From Eledone cirrhosa (Eukaryota): a stretch of DNA of 64,000 nucleotides. The stretch is taken from assembly GCA_964016885.1 (NCBI GenBank), contig OZ024741.1:318742001-318806000 (forward strand). Reading direction: 5' to 3'. Below the pieces are notes generated by a model. It saw nothing but the letters and a program-made list of their open reading frames with translations. It was not told the DNA's origin and did not search any database. The position numbers and the translations under genes are program-made. Below, one piece after another: positions 13,280 through 26,350 of this stretch. Each line of letters begins with the position of its first letter. The first letter of the stretch is position 1.

Positions 13280-13580
13280 TATCCGGTGGTGCGCTATGTC
13301 CTTGAGCAAGATACTCTATTTCACGTTGCTCCAGTCCACCTAACAGGCAAAAATATGAGTTCTAGTTGTAATTCAAAGGACCTTGTCACAAACTGCTTCA
13401 CGCTGAATCTCCCTGAGAAACACGTTAAAGTTGACACGACAGAAGAATTCTCAGACACTTACACTTCATTCCAACCATACGAATTAACGTGTAAGTGGTT
13501 GAGTATTCCACAGACACGTGTGGTACCTATAACAGAATCAGAATATATGACATGACTGGACCTTTAAGTTACAGGTAGAA
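13280..13580. mobile_element. Abundant SINE-like interspersed repeat (gacacgtgtacccttaacgtagttctc..gagattcag family)
   Basis: Related segments at about 6510-6640, 11580-11660, 29520-29760, 37240-37440, 37740-38060, 43130-43280, 59730-60010 and 60440-60740. Confidence 0.6.
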
Positions 13581-13771
13581 TCCATCCGAAGGGGCTCCCA
13601 TACATTTTAAGTCAACCTAGTTTAACGGATAATGCTTTGGTCGGCCCGAGTCTGTGATAAAAGATAAGTGCACACATGCCTGCGCCCACAAACATGTACA
13701 TGTTTACATACATACAAACATACATACACATGTTTTCATACATACATACATGTGGTTCCATACATACATAC

Positions 13772-13802
<31 letters not shown>

Positions 13803-13859
13803 CATACATACATACATACATACATACATACATACATACATACATACATACATACATAC

Positions 13860-14281
13860 AAAGCACAACCGGCCTGATATTGTTGTTTGGGACCACACAT
13901 TGAAAACGTGTTCTGTTGTGGAGATCAGCTGCCCACTTGATGTAAACGTTGTCAGAAAAATACAGGAGAAGGAGGACATCTACGGACCATTGATACAAAC
14001 CCAGTATCCAAGATACACCTTTAGCTTCATACCCATCATTATTGGAGCTACGGGTTATATACCAACTCGCTTGGACCAAAGTATGACTGAACTTGGATTT
14101 GCGGACAAAAAGCTCAGCTCCCTAATTCATAGTCTACAAATGGCTGCGATAGCTGGCACCTTCAAAATTTGCAAAACATTCTTGCGATTCAAGGGATGAC
14201 AATTTCTTTTCTTTTACAACCTTGCCACCAGGAAGGTGGCCGGTCAAAAAAATATACTCGAAATTAAGAGAAAGAGATAAC
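13860..14281 (+). mobile_element. 5'-truncated R4/Dong-clade element (restriction-like endonuclease + 3' UTR) inserted in (TACA)n
   Basis: KHNRPDIVVWD...VVEISCP...EKEDIYGPL...PIIIGATG; (TACA)n on both sides. Confidence 0.85.
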
Positions 14282-14299
14282 ACATACATACATGCATAC

Positions 14300-14580
14300 A
14301 TGATGGCTGCCCCCTCGTTATTGAGTATGGCCATTGCACGATATAGCATTATTAATAATTATCAATTAATGCTATCGTGCAATGCCTGTGCTAAAACCCG
14401 AAAAGAAGAAAAGATCAACATCATCGGTAACTAATGATCCGCAGGTCTTATATCGGAGTTATACATACATACATACATACATACATACATACATACATAC
14501 ATACATACATACATACATACATACATACATACATACATTATGGCTGGCCCTCGTTATCTTGTATGGCCATTGCACGAGAA
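14300..14580 (-). mobile_element. Degenerate RTE 3'-end / bipartite RTE fragments with (TGTA)n tails
   Basis: tggctgccccctcgttattgagtatggccat resembles tggctgccaactcgttttcgagtacggccac at 22826 and 24373. Confidence 0.55.
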
Positions 14581-14724
14581 AAAAAACCATAATAATAACA
14601 ATAATAATAATAATAACAACAATAATAATAACGACAACAACAACAACAATAATAATATACATATATATATATATACACACACGCGCACACACATAAACTT
14701 ATCTATACACACACACGATAGCAA

Positions 14725-17450
14725 CTAACAGCGCTGCGATCGAATGTGGCTTTTTAGCCCAGCCAAAGATCTAAAATGTCTTGCACAGAGTCAGCAACCA
14801 AAACATTCACTGGGAATAGCCGGTTGTGGTTGGAGTTCATGTACTTTTGCATGTCGCTTGAGCCCTGCTGCTGATTTACATTCTCTACCACATGCTTGGC
14901 AAGCATGATGAGTAGCATCTCCAACAGCAGCCTGGTAGTCAACCACTGGTCTTACTTTATGTCTGCGAAGATGACTTTCGAGTCCAGCTTTGCTTAGGCA
15001 GAGTCTCGCACAGACGCTGCATGTCAGCGCCATAGGAGGACCTTCGCCGTCTGGAAATGTAACAGCAATGCCCTTCCTCACATCCCTCTTTACTTTCTCG
15101 TATGCGATTCGAGATGCCTCAAAGGCAACTTTCCCCTCATATACAGTCTTTCTCCATTTATTACGATCAGCAGCAACATTTTCCCATGTATCAGCAGAGA
15201 TGTTAGCGTTTTTCAAAGAGGCTTTCAAGGAATCCTTATACCTCTTTTTTGGTTTATGTGGCGGTCGTTTCCCTTTAACTAACTCTCCATAAAAGAGTTG
15301 TTTTGGTATTCTAGAATCCTTCATCCTGGCAAGGTGGGCACTCCAACGGAGTCGTTGCTTAAGCACAAGAGCTTCTATACTGTCACACAGAGAGCTTTAC
15401 AAAATATCGACATCACTGATGTGGTGCCTCCAGTGAACGCCATGGATTCGTCTGAGACACGTCTGATGGAAACGCTCCAATTGCTTAAGGTGGTGTCGAT
15501 ATGTGACCCAGGTCTCGCAGGCATAAAGAAGAGAAGAGAGCACACATGCCTTGTACACCTTTATCTTTGTCTTCTTGCATATGTCTCGCTGACCCCAGAG
15601 TCGCATTTCTAGCTTTCCGAAAGCATCACTTGCTTTCCTAATCCTGAGTGGGATTTCATTATCAAGGTTGCTGTATCGATTGACAGTGCTTCCCAAGTAG
15701 ACAAACTGATCAACCACTCCAAGTCGTTTACCATACACATAGATATTTGGTTCACTGTACTGCTTACCAGGGGCATGTTGGTACATGACGACGGTTTTCT
15801 TGAGACTGACAGTCAATCCTAGGGCAGTGCAAGCATCAGAAAATGGATTCAAAATGTGCTGCATATCACTCTCTGTGTGCGCTACAAGATCGCAATCATC
15901 TGCATACAAGAGGTATCTTATGATTGATGTAAATACTTTTGTTTTTGCAGCAAAGCGCCTGATGTTAAATATACTGCTTGAGGTTCGATATCGGATGTAA
16001 ACACCATGCTCGCAATTCCTTAATGCAATACAGAAAACCATTGCAGAGTATATGGCAAACAGGGTCGGTGCTGGAATATCCCCCTGTTTCACTCCATTTT
16101 TTACTGAGATTGGCTCCGACATGTTACCTCCGACATTAACCCAAGCCTTCATCTCGTCATGGAAAGACCTAACTAAAGCAAGGAACTTATCAGGGCAACC
16201 AAGTTTCTGGAGAACCTTCCATAATGCATTTCTGTTAACAATATCGAAAGCTTTTGTCAGATCGACAAAAACCTGATACAGATCTAAACCTTGTTCCATG
16301 TACTTCTCCTGGAGCTGTCTAGCTGAGAAGATCATATCAGTAGTGCCACGTCCAGCACGAAAACCAGATTGACTTTCAGGAAGAACACAATCAGCAGACA
16401 GTCCAGAAGCACCCTACATAAAACTTTCCTTACGACAGAAAGCAATGATATACCTCTGTAGTTCCCACAATCATTCCTGTTACCATTTCCCTTGTACAAG
16501 ACCACCATTACTGCATCTCTCCAGTCCTCAGGTACGGATTTATTAGCCCATATCCTGCCAAACAAAGAGTGAAGATGTTGCAGGAGTCTCTCACCACCAT
16601 ATTGTAGGAGCTCAGCATGTATGCCATCCATACCTGGAGACCTTCCACTGTTCAGCTTCGAGATAGCCACTGCAACCTCCACAAGCGTCGGAGGTTCTGC
16701 GAGAGCTACTTTCACATGACTTTCTGGAATGAGATTGAGGAAATCTTCATTGACGACAGACGGCTGATTCAAAAGCTCATGAAAGTGCTCTCGCCACCTT
16801 CGTAGAATTCCTTGTGAGTCACGAAGAAGTTCTTTGCCATCCTTGCTGCGAAGCGGTGTCACCAGAGAAAAAGACGGTCCATAAACTTCACGCAAGAGAC
16901 TGTACAACAGCTTTGTGTTATTGGAATCTGACGCAGTTTGTATTTTATCAGCCTTCTGACTCCCCCACTGATCCTTCATCTGAGAAAGACTCCGCCTAAC
17001 ACGTGATTTCACATCCTTGAGTTCCTTATACTACATATTCTTCTCCTGTGGTTTTGCTGTCAAGTAGTGTGACAGAGCACACCTCTTATCAGCTAACAAG
17101 TATTCTATATGTTCATCATTCTCATTAAACCAGTCTTGATGTTTTCTCTGCACCAATCCCAGAACACGCCTGCCTACATCATAAACCGACTTTTTAAGGG
17201 TCGACCAATCCTCACCAAGATCTGCAACTTGCATCTCTTCTCGCAATGTCCTCTTCACATCCTTATCCCTAAAACGAGCAGCATTCAATCTTCTGGGCAG
17301 GGCAACACCACGAGCCCGGATTTTACGTTTAGTGATTAGTTTCACTTTTGCGCATACCAGGCGGTGGTCCGTCCAGCACTCAGCTCCACGAAGAGCACGA
17401 ACACACTGCACATCCCGTCTGTCACGCATCCTGACTAGGACGTAGTCGGG
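14725..17450 (-). mobile_element. RTE-clade LINE, 5'-truncated and frameshifted (end of AP endonuclease, RT, C-terminal C2H2 fingers)
   Basis: DYVLVR...CWTDHRLV; GRSPGMDGI..NYRGISLLS; FVDLTKAFD, GVKQGD, LLYADD, FVYLGS; LRWSAHLARM..RIPKQLFYGEL. Confidence 0.95.
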
Positions 17451-17789
17451 ACATACATACATACATACATACATACATACATACATACATACATACATAC
17501 ATACATACATACATACATACATACATGTGTTTCTTCAGTACTTCCTTAATGCTGTTGATGTTGTTGTGTTCAGCCATGCTGTTTGTAGCAAATCCTTGTA
17601 AAATGAATTATGTATTTAGTCGGATATCTCAACGAATTCGAATAAAAGGTGTCTTCAGTGGATATAGTTAGAAGAATTTCCAGTTATTCAACATGACTGG
17701 TAGTTGTAGCATTACTGTCGGAGATAGTATTCATCTTAAATTTAATGAATAGTCTCCCATATGCGACTGATTGCGTTGACTGACTGTAT

Positions 17790-19365
17790 GTATGTATGAC
17801 TTAATTGTTTCACCGATATCTGATGAGGACTGCTACAGATACCTGGGTATAGATGAGAACATATCATATAATGGTATCTGTAATAAGGAATGCGTAACCA
17901 GGGAATACTACACCCGATTAAGAAAAATATGGTCATCGGAACTCTCTGCGCAAAACAAAACAGTGGCTCACAATATGTTTGCTGTTCCTGTCCTAACACC
18001 AACGTTTGGAATACTCAATTGGACGATAGACGAAATCCGTGCAATTGATGTTAGAACTCGAAAAATACTAAACAACACCGGAAACTTCCACATCAACAGT
18101 GGTATCGACCGCCTTTACTTGAAACGTAAGCAGGGAGGCAGAGGCCTAACATCAGACTAGACAGCATTTGAATGTCGCATCGTATCCCTCCGACAACATC
18201 TACGAACCTCGAAGCGTAGGAGCCCGTCTCTTGAGCAAGTCTATCTGCATGAAACAAATAAGATCATGAGAGTTGGGAAGGAACTCCTTGAAAGATATTC
18301 CCTGTGTGATATTCAAAACTCACACCCAGGGAAGTCGCTCAGCAGTATAGCAGTGAATCCATGGATGAAAAACTGCATGCTTATCAGCAAAAAAACATGC
18401 ATGGATATGTTGCCAGGAAGCTCCAGGGTGAGAGTAATATAGATAAAGAAAGTAGTCTATCTTGGACCAACAACCGCTATATTGGCTCCCACTTTGAAGG
18501 ATACGCTTTTGCAATCCAAGAACAGGAAATCAACACGAAATACCTGATTCCCAAAAGAGATAGGGATGCAGGCAAAACACTTAGATGTGATAACAAGTGC
18601 AGACTCTTCAGAATTAAGATCGAAGATGTCACCCATGTCATAAGCAGCTGTCCAAAGATGCCATCGCGGTACTATCTACCTATGAGGCATGATGTAGTGG
18701 CCAAAATACTGTACAATGCAATCCGTAGAAAAGATACCCCCGATAATAAACACATCAAAAGCTAGCGACAACATAATATGAAAGAGTACTGGTGGAATGT
18801 TCCAGTAAAAACCCCAATAAACTGCAGGCATAACAGACCAGATATAATGATATGGGACAGGGAAAAGAAGGCAGGCACAGTAATGGAAGTTAGATGCCCA
18901 GCAGATGCCAATATATCAAAGATTAGCGAAAAGGAGAATATTTATGCAGAACTAATGAGAAATCTGCAGATACTCCACTCTGATTACACCTTCAGATTTA
19001 TGCCTGTGATTATTGGAGCACTGGGATATGTTAGTAAATGCCTTAATACAACTCTTGACAACTAGTTAAGGAAATCACAAGTACAATCCATTAATGGAAC
19101 AATAAAAATTAGTAAAACATTCCAAAAATGTTGCATCTAATAACTGCATATACACATGTACAGATACTAAGCATATACACATGCACACATACAACTCAAA
19201 ACATACACATCCACACATACAATAACATTCATATCTACACATGCAGACATGCATACATATCTACCTAGTTGTTGTGTAAATTCCAATGAGAGAGTCTTGT
19301 GTTAGAAACCGACTCTCTCTCTATTGGCAAAAATGTGTCAAATTATAAAACCAGAACATACATAC
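17790..19365 (+). mobile_element. R4/Dong-clade non-LTR retrotransposon 3' half (disrupted) ending in (TACA)n
   Basis: YRYLGIDE; CRLF..KIEDVTHVISSCP (CCHC remnant); RHDVVAK; HNRPDIMIWD (PD-D/E REL motif); PVIIGALG. Confidence 0.9.
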
Positions 19366-19379
19366 ATGCATACATGCAT

Positions 19380-20690
19380 GATGACTGCGTCTCGATTTCG
19401 AGACTCACCATTACTTGATCTTTTTCTCGCACATGGGTGACACAAACATGACTTTTTATCCTTTCCAAAGACTTACATTCCTTTCTGCATATACTGCAGT
19501 GATGAAAATTAATCCCAATTTTCGTTCCTTGTTTTGTTTTGGTGAACTTTCAAAAGAATTTACCGATCGAAACACATTATTTTCCTCACACCTGGCAGGA
19601 AGAAATGCCAAAGAGGCAATAATCGACATGCACATAGCAACTCATTTTGAGTTTCCAAAATTCCAGGTATGATATATAATACTCCACACGAGATTTTTCC
19701 AATTTCTGTTTCCCATTAACTACTGTTTTCTTCCAAGATGATCGATCTAATGTAATGTCTTCCCAGTTATCTTCTCTCATTTTTTACTTTATCAAAGCTC
19801 TTTTAATGCAGTCATTATACTTGAGTTTTGGTTTATGTCTTAGAAGTTTGCCTTTCACTAATTCCTCGTTCAGAAACTGCTACAAGTACGATAATCTGGA
19901 ATTTTTACAACATGGCCACTCCAGCACAATCTATGTTGAATTATGAAAGATTCAATACTTTCAAAATGATTCATTTCAGCACTTCAACATCACTCATATG
20001 TGATTGCCAATGGATACTGAGTATTTGACGAAGACACTATTGGTAAAATATTTCAAGTTTTTTTTTGCATTTCGGTGTTATGGACCCAGGTTTCAAATAC
20101 AAACAGCAATGAAGACAGTGGTTTCTGATGTAGGCACAAATCCAGAATCAGAAACCATTATCTGTATATAACGCCGAGGTTAACCTTGCCTTTCATCCAT
20201 ACGGGGTCGATAAAATAAAGTACCAGTAATGCACTGGGTATTTGCTGGCCTTGTGCCAAAAAGTAGAAACAATTATATGTATATAAACAACAAAGAAGGT
20301 AATATAAATTGTTCTGTATACCTTTAACTCTGTATCAATGAAAATCTCACGTCGACACCAAAGACGCTTATCTAATTTGCCAAATCAATCACTTGCCTTC
20401 TTTATTCGTAAACAAATGCCATCAACAAGAATGCTTTTTATGTTAAATGTGCTGCCTGAATATAGAAATGTATCCACAAACTTCAATGTTTTTCTATACA
20501 TACAAATGCTCGGAGTAGGTTGATACATGACTACTGTCTTGGCTAGACAGATTGTCAGAAACAACGTATACTCGCCTCTGAAAAAGAATCCATCAGGTGC
20601 TGTATGTCACTCTCAGAGTGTGCTACAAGGTCACAATCATATTCATATAAGATTTGTTGATGGGAAGCATACATATGTACATACATACAC
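19380..20690 (-). mobile_element. Old degenerate RTE LINE fragment containing a SINE 3' fragment (20172-20275)
   Basis: LYEYDCDLVAHSESDIQHLMDSFSEA (YADD region) and WEDITLDRSSWKKTV; the SINE piece is flanked by attat(c/a)tgtatataa repeats. Confidence 0.8.
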
Positions 20691-20795
20691 ACTTTTAAAC
20701 ATACATACATGCAAGTGACTCCATAAATACATGCATATAAGTGGCTACATATATATATATATTGGAAAGGTAAACGCTTGAGAGTGGGGATAGGG

Positions 20796-20826
20796 GACGA
20801 CGTTTCGGACATAAGCCCTTCATCAG
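20796..20826 (-). ncRNA. Minimal hammerhead core, stem I missing
   Basis: CTGATGA-AGGGCttatGTCC-GAAA-CGTCG-TC. Confidence 0.6.
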
Positions 20827-21218
20827 GAGAATGGTGGTTGTCACACAGTGAGATAGAACCCGAAAGCTCGCGATTCTGAAATGAAATCCTTAACCACTCA
20901 ACCAAAACTCATTTCAACATGTAGTGGGTTACATTTTAAGTTTATATTAATAAATATCATGATAATCTCGTGTTTTTGCACCCATTAATATCCGGTGCTG
21001 TGGTATCGGTGGAAGGAGTTCGGTCATTAAAATAAACAACTTGATAGACACAAGCATGGCTGCGTGGTTAAGGAGTTCGCTTCACACCCATGTAGTTCTG
21101 GGTTCAGTCACTCTGTGTGACAATTAGGGTAAGTGTCTTCTATTATAGCTTCGGAGTTAGCAATGCTTAGTGAGTGGAATTTGATAGAAGGAAACTGCAG
21201 AAGCCCATTGTATGTATG

Positions 21219-21259
<41 letters not shown>

Positions 21260-21280
21260 GTGCGTACGTGTGTGTGTGTG

Positions 21281-21445
21281 CAGTGCCGGATTTACCAATG
21301 TGCTTATGTGTGCTTAAGCACAGGGCCCTGTTGGCCAAGGGAGATCATTTTCCTTCCAAAAAACCTCTTACGATTAATTTTTCAAATGTTTGGGGTCTCG
21401 TAACTTAACTAGCACTGGGCCTCATTTGTCCTAAATTCGGCACTG
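21281..21445. mobile_element. hAT-like MITE
   Basis: TIRs CAGTGCCGGATTTA / TAAATTCGGCACTG; near-identical 8-bp flanks (t/c)gtgtgtg; related single end at 39151. Confidence 0.75.
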
Positions 21446-21779
21446 CGTGTGTGTGAGTGCGTGTGTGAGGCCGTCCTAACGCTTGTCTGTGTTTCTGTTT
21501 GTCTCGGAACTTAGACCTTAGATGAAGAAGATGTCAGTAAATTAAGTAACTAAGTTGAAAAAGATAAGTTCTAGTGACGGTATGATCGACTAAAATGCTT
21601 TCACGGCACTGCTGCAGCATGGCCATAGCAGTCTAATGACTGAAAGATATATATATGACTGAAATATATATATATATATATATATATATTAGCATAGACG
21701 ATGATGAGTGGCATTATCACAAGCAATGCTTGAAGGGATTTTGATGATCACAACGACCACAGGTTTTTCTTTCAATTCT

Positions 21780-21820
<41 letters not shown>

Positions 21821-21883
21821 TCATATATGAATAAGTATATATATATATATATATATACATATATATATTCATATATGAATAAG

Positions 21884-21967
<84 letters not shown>

Positions 21968-21968
<1 letters not shown>

Positions 21969-22601
21969 CGGCGATGAATTAGTTTTGCGAGGTTTTTTTA
22001 TATGAAATCGTGTGTCGAAACAAATATTGTTATACTTGGGGAGGGTCATATTTGTGTAATAATATTGCCAGAATTAATAACAGAACACACTCACTGTTTG
22101 GTTGGTTTTCGCTTCTCGTTTCTGTGTCTTTTATATCGGTAATCTAACTTACTCGGTCCTCAATGTTGCCATTGACTGACCGACGGTCAATAATACAGAT
22201 ACAATATAGACACAAACACATATATATAGTTTATCATAAATCTTTCGTTGCACATCTGCAACATCGTCAGTGGTGCTATCTTTTCCTCCTGTTGTATTGT
22301 ATGTCTACGCCATTTTTATTCAGTCTGTATATATATTTATTTATTTGCTTGTTTGTTTATTTTATTTTGTCTTCTTTGCGCATGCGTTTGCGTGTGTGTA
22401 TAGTGTTTTGTTTGCTGTGTGATGTGTGACTAATGCGTGTTTATGTGCTTGTTGTTATTGTGCTTGTGTATGTATTTATTTATTTATTTATTTATTTTAT
22501 TTTATTTACTTATTTATACTTCTCTTAGGTCAGTGTTGTTTGTTTGGGTGTTCTGTTATTAATTCTGGCAATATTACACAAATATGACCCTCCCCAAGTA
22601 T

Positions 22602-22610
<9 letters not shown>
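21968..22610 (-). mobile_element. PLE-like element with ~70-bp inverted repeats and a degenerate HHR, in (TA)n
   Basis: 22024-22088 is the reverse complement of 22547-22610; minus HHR ACCA-CTGACGA-tGTTGCAgatgTGCAAC-GAAA-GATT-TA-TGAT at 22233-22274. Confidence 0.7.
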
Positions 22611-22683
<73 letters not shown>

Positions 22684-22749
22684 TCATATTCATATATGAA
22701 TAAGTATATATATATATATATACATATTCATATATGAATAAGTAAACTA

Positions 22750-23260
22750 CATACATACATACATACATACATACATACATACATACATACATACATACAT
22801 ACATACATACATACATACATACATGGTGGCTGCCAACTCGTTTTCGAGTACGGCCACTACTTTATATCCATGTAGGAGAACTCCTACCGATGCGCTGAAC
22901 AAGTGTGACTTTTTAGTCCGGCCAGCGACTTGAAAACTCTGGTACAAACACTACACCTGTGACAATTATTGACACATAGTGCTGGGCCCATGGTACCATG
23001 TGACGACAACTGCAGAGAGATCTCCAGATACAAAGCAATGCCTGTGCCGTGAAGCTGTTATAGTGAGCAAAGGCACTGCACAAAGCCAGTCCCACTCTCT
23101 TAATCAAGATGATATTTACCAAAAAGAATAACAAGTCAACATCATTGGATACCATCAGAGTTGCAGGTGTTATATCAGAGTTTTTCTTCTCCTAGAATTC
23201 TGCCTTGACAAAGGCTAAGGGGTCATCTCTCCCGGTGACAAAGGCTAAGGGGTCATCTCT
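22750..23260 (-). mobile_element. Bipartite non-autonomous RTE derivative, 5'-truncated, (TGTA)n tail
   Basis: Highly similar to 24370-24785; contains CSVCTRVFKSLAGLKSH and the CTAGGAGAAGaAAAACTCTGA motif. Confidence 0.75.
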
Positions 23261-23303
23261 CCATACATACATACATACATACATACATACATACATACAT
23301 ACA

Positions 23304-23336
<33 letters not shown>

Positions 23337-24144
23337 GTTTACTTTGTAATTCACTTTTTCTTTTCCTGCTTGAATGAACAGACGATAGCGGCACTAAACT
23401 ACCCAACATTGATGTGACAGGCATTTTCAATGCACCTTTTCTAACACCTTCCCAAGAATTTGGGTGAGCAGTGCTCTCCCTGATAGGGCTACCCAGACAC
23501 AGGCATCTCCACCGGTGTTAACCCTTGTCACAGAAAGACATAACAACGATGTTATGATAAGACCCCTGTCGCCTATGTATAGATTTGCAACTATATGCTT
23601 CCAGCTGGTCAGGTCTGCACACGTCGCCACTCCTCCATCGCCATAGGACTTACAGCTGTAAAAATGACAGATGAGAAGATCACAAAAGAGACATCTGTAC
23701 ATCATTGGATTATAGTGGCAAACACTTGTACTACACGGGCACCACTCTCTAAGTTTCAGTGATCTGTGTCTGGTGACAAGCCTAAGCCAGATAACCAGTA
23801 ATCATCAACTGCAGGTTTTATTTCAAAGTTTCTCTCTTTTAGAAAGATACTGTAACAACAGCTCGGGGTCCTTCAATCCCAGTGAATTTTCTTTTTACCC
23901 ATCTGCGGGCCATTACACCTGAAAATGAGTTACAATGATTCGCTGACTCTTTAATAAACGTAGACCAGGGATTCGATCCCATTTGAAAGTTAAATAAAAA
24001 GAGATTTTAAAAAGGTTTTTAAAGTTTTTTTTTTTGTTTTTTCAATTTTTTGTATCAAATATATATATATGTGTGTACACAGACAAACGCGCAATCAATC
24101 CTACACATACCCACACCCATACAGTATATACATATTTACACATT

Positions 24145-24970
24145 TTGTCAGGTTTTGTTTTTTGTCCTGCAGGGTGTCCAAAATCACCCTCCTCACCAAG
24201 TAAACTTGGTGGGGTTGCTGGTTTATTCGCCGACGAACCGACTATGCGACAGGTTGTACTGGGTTTCATGTTACCAGTAGCATTCAAGAGTGACCCGACA
24301 TATACATACATACATACATACATACATACATACATACATACATACATACATACATACATACATACATACATGGTGGCTGCCAACTCGTTTTCGATTACGG
24401 CCTCTACTTTATATCCATGTAGGAGAACCCCTACCAATGCGCTGAACAAGTGTGACTTTTTAGTCCAGCCAGCGACTTGAAAACTCTGGTACAAACACTA
24501 CACCTGTGACAATTATTGACACATAGTACTGGGCCCATGGTACCATGTGACGACAAGTGCAGAGAGATCTCCAGATATAAAGCAATGTCTGTGCCGTGAA
24601 GCTTTTATAGTGAGCAAAGGCACTGCACAAAGCCAGTCCCACTCTCTTAACCAAGAAGATATTTACCAAAAAGAAGAACAAGTCAACATCATTGGATACC
24701 ATCAGGGTTGCAGGTGTTATATCAGAGTTTTCCTTCTCCTAGAATTCTGCCTTGACAAAGGCTAAGGGGTCATCTCTCCCGGTGATTTTGGATGGCCATT
24801 GACTCTTAAGAGCTCCTTTGCCCTTTGACAGGTTTTGTTTTTAGTCCTGCAGGATGTCCAAAGTCACCCTCCTCACCAAGAAACCTTGGTAGGGTTGCCA
24901 GTTTAGTCGCCAACGACCCGACCATGAGACAGGTTGTACTGGGATACATGTTACCAGTAGCACCAACATT
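24145..24970 (-). mobile_element. Bipartite non-autonomous RTE derivative (24370-24970) with tail, plus the 5' end of a second copy (24145-24300)
   Basis: RTE 5'UTR-like segment joined to a zinc-finger/3'UTR segment; 24145-24300 repeats 24826-24965. Confidence 0.75.
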
Positions 24971-25027
24971 CATACATACATACATACATACATACATACA
25001 TACATACATACATACATACATACATAC

Positions 25028-25116
25028 ATCTTGGACAGGATGAGAATGTCAGATATGGTGGACCCATAAATAAGGAGAGAGCCAGAACTGGATACCTCGA
25101 AATTAAGAGAAAGAAA
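25028..25116 (+). mobile_element. Short R4-type 3' UTR remnant in (TACA)n
   Basis: Ends ctcgaaattaagagaaaga like 14257-14277. Confidence 0.6.
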
Positions 25117-25178
25117 CATACATACATACATACATACATACATACATACATACATACATACATACATACATACATACA

Positions 25179-25209
<31 letters not shown>

Positions 25210-25428
25210 GTATGTGTGGTGTTGCAAAAGTCCGTCGTGACATGCACCGTTTCTAGGGCATATTAAAACTAGCGGAGTGTCCATCCCTCTCCAGGTCAGA
25301 ACACAGACGGTTTCTTCCAGCGGAGAGAGAGAATAATAGAGAGGAGGTAATAAAGATAAACATTGACGTTTTAACGACTCTGCCAATTCTTCTCCTATAT
25401 ATAGTTATGTAGACATACATAATATTTA

Positions 25429-25490
<62 letters not shown>

Positions 25491-25494
<4 letters not shown>

Positions 25495-25676
25495 GGAAAT
25501 GTGGTAAGGAACCAAGTGGACCATAACGTACCAAAGTACTCAATACTTAGGGTAGTAGAGTGGGTAATAGGAACGAGTAGAACCCTGACGGCTGAGCTCA
25601 AGCCGTTTAGACGGCTAATTCTGGACTAATTAGCCGTCAAAACGGCTTGAGCTCAGCCGTCGGGGTCCTACTCGTT

Positions 25677-25680
<4 letters not shown>
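25491..25680 (-). mobile_element. HHR family B fold-back element
   Basis: Family tail plus ~114-bp palindrome centred on loop CTGGACTA. Confidence 0.85.
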
Positions 25681-25732
<52 letters not shown>

Positions 25733-25791
25733 AAAGGTAAACAGAAATAACAACACAATCGGTACAGTATATGGAAGGTATATATATATAC

Positions 25792-25827
<36 letters not shown>

Positions 25828-25898
25828 CAGGTTCAATCGGGGTTAACCACAGTAAGTAAGGTACTCAATGCATAGTAGAGTATATACAATATTTAATG

Positions 25899-25900
<2 letters not shown>
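25828..25900 (-). mobile_element. HHR family A tail-only fragment
   Basis: caggttcaatcggggttaaccacagtaagtaaggtactcaat. Confidence 0.75.
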
Positions 25901-25948
<48 letters not shown>

Positions 25949-26025
25949 ATATATATATATATATGTGTATATATATATATATATGTGTATATATATATAT
26001 ATATATGTGTATATATATATATATG

Positions 26026-26067
<42 letters not shown>

Positions 26068-26073
26068 TATATT

Positions 26074-26118
<45 letters not shown>

Positions 26119-26182
26119 TAATATATATATATATACATATATTTATATATATACACACCTGCTTACCACACTTCTTTCGTTT

Positions 26183-26220
<38 letters not shown>

Positions 26221-26297
26221 TAAAACGAAATAACAACCCAACCAGGAGTTAAACACTTCAACAACATGTGTATCTGTCTCTACCACACCAATTCGGA

Positions 26298-26350
26298 TTG
26301 CCTGAAGAGGTCACAGCCAATGATGGCTGTCACCGAAATATATATAGCAG
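26298..26350 (+). ncRNA. Type I hammerhead ribozyme in a ~270-bp insert within (TA)n
   Basis: TTGC-CTGAAGA-GGTcACAGCCA atga TGGCTGTcACC-GAAA-TATATA-TA-GCAG, AATAAA ~10 nt downstream. Confidence 0.85.

Noticed and set aside
17820-17850. CTGATGA motif
   Set aside because: Inside the R4 coding remnant; no stem II-GAAA
23427-23705. 92-aa minus ORF with acceptor-like site
   Set aside because: Lies among RTE 5'UTR-like pieces; no recognisable domain or donor
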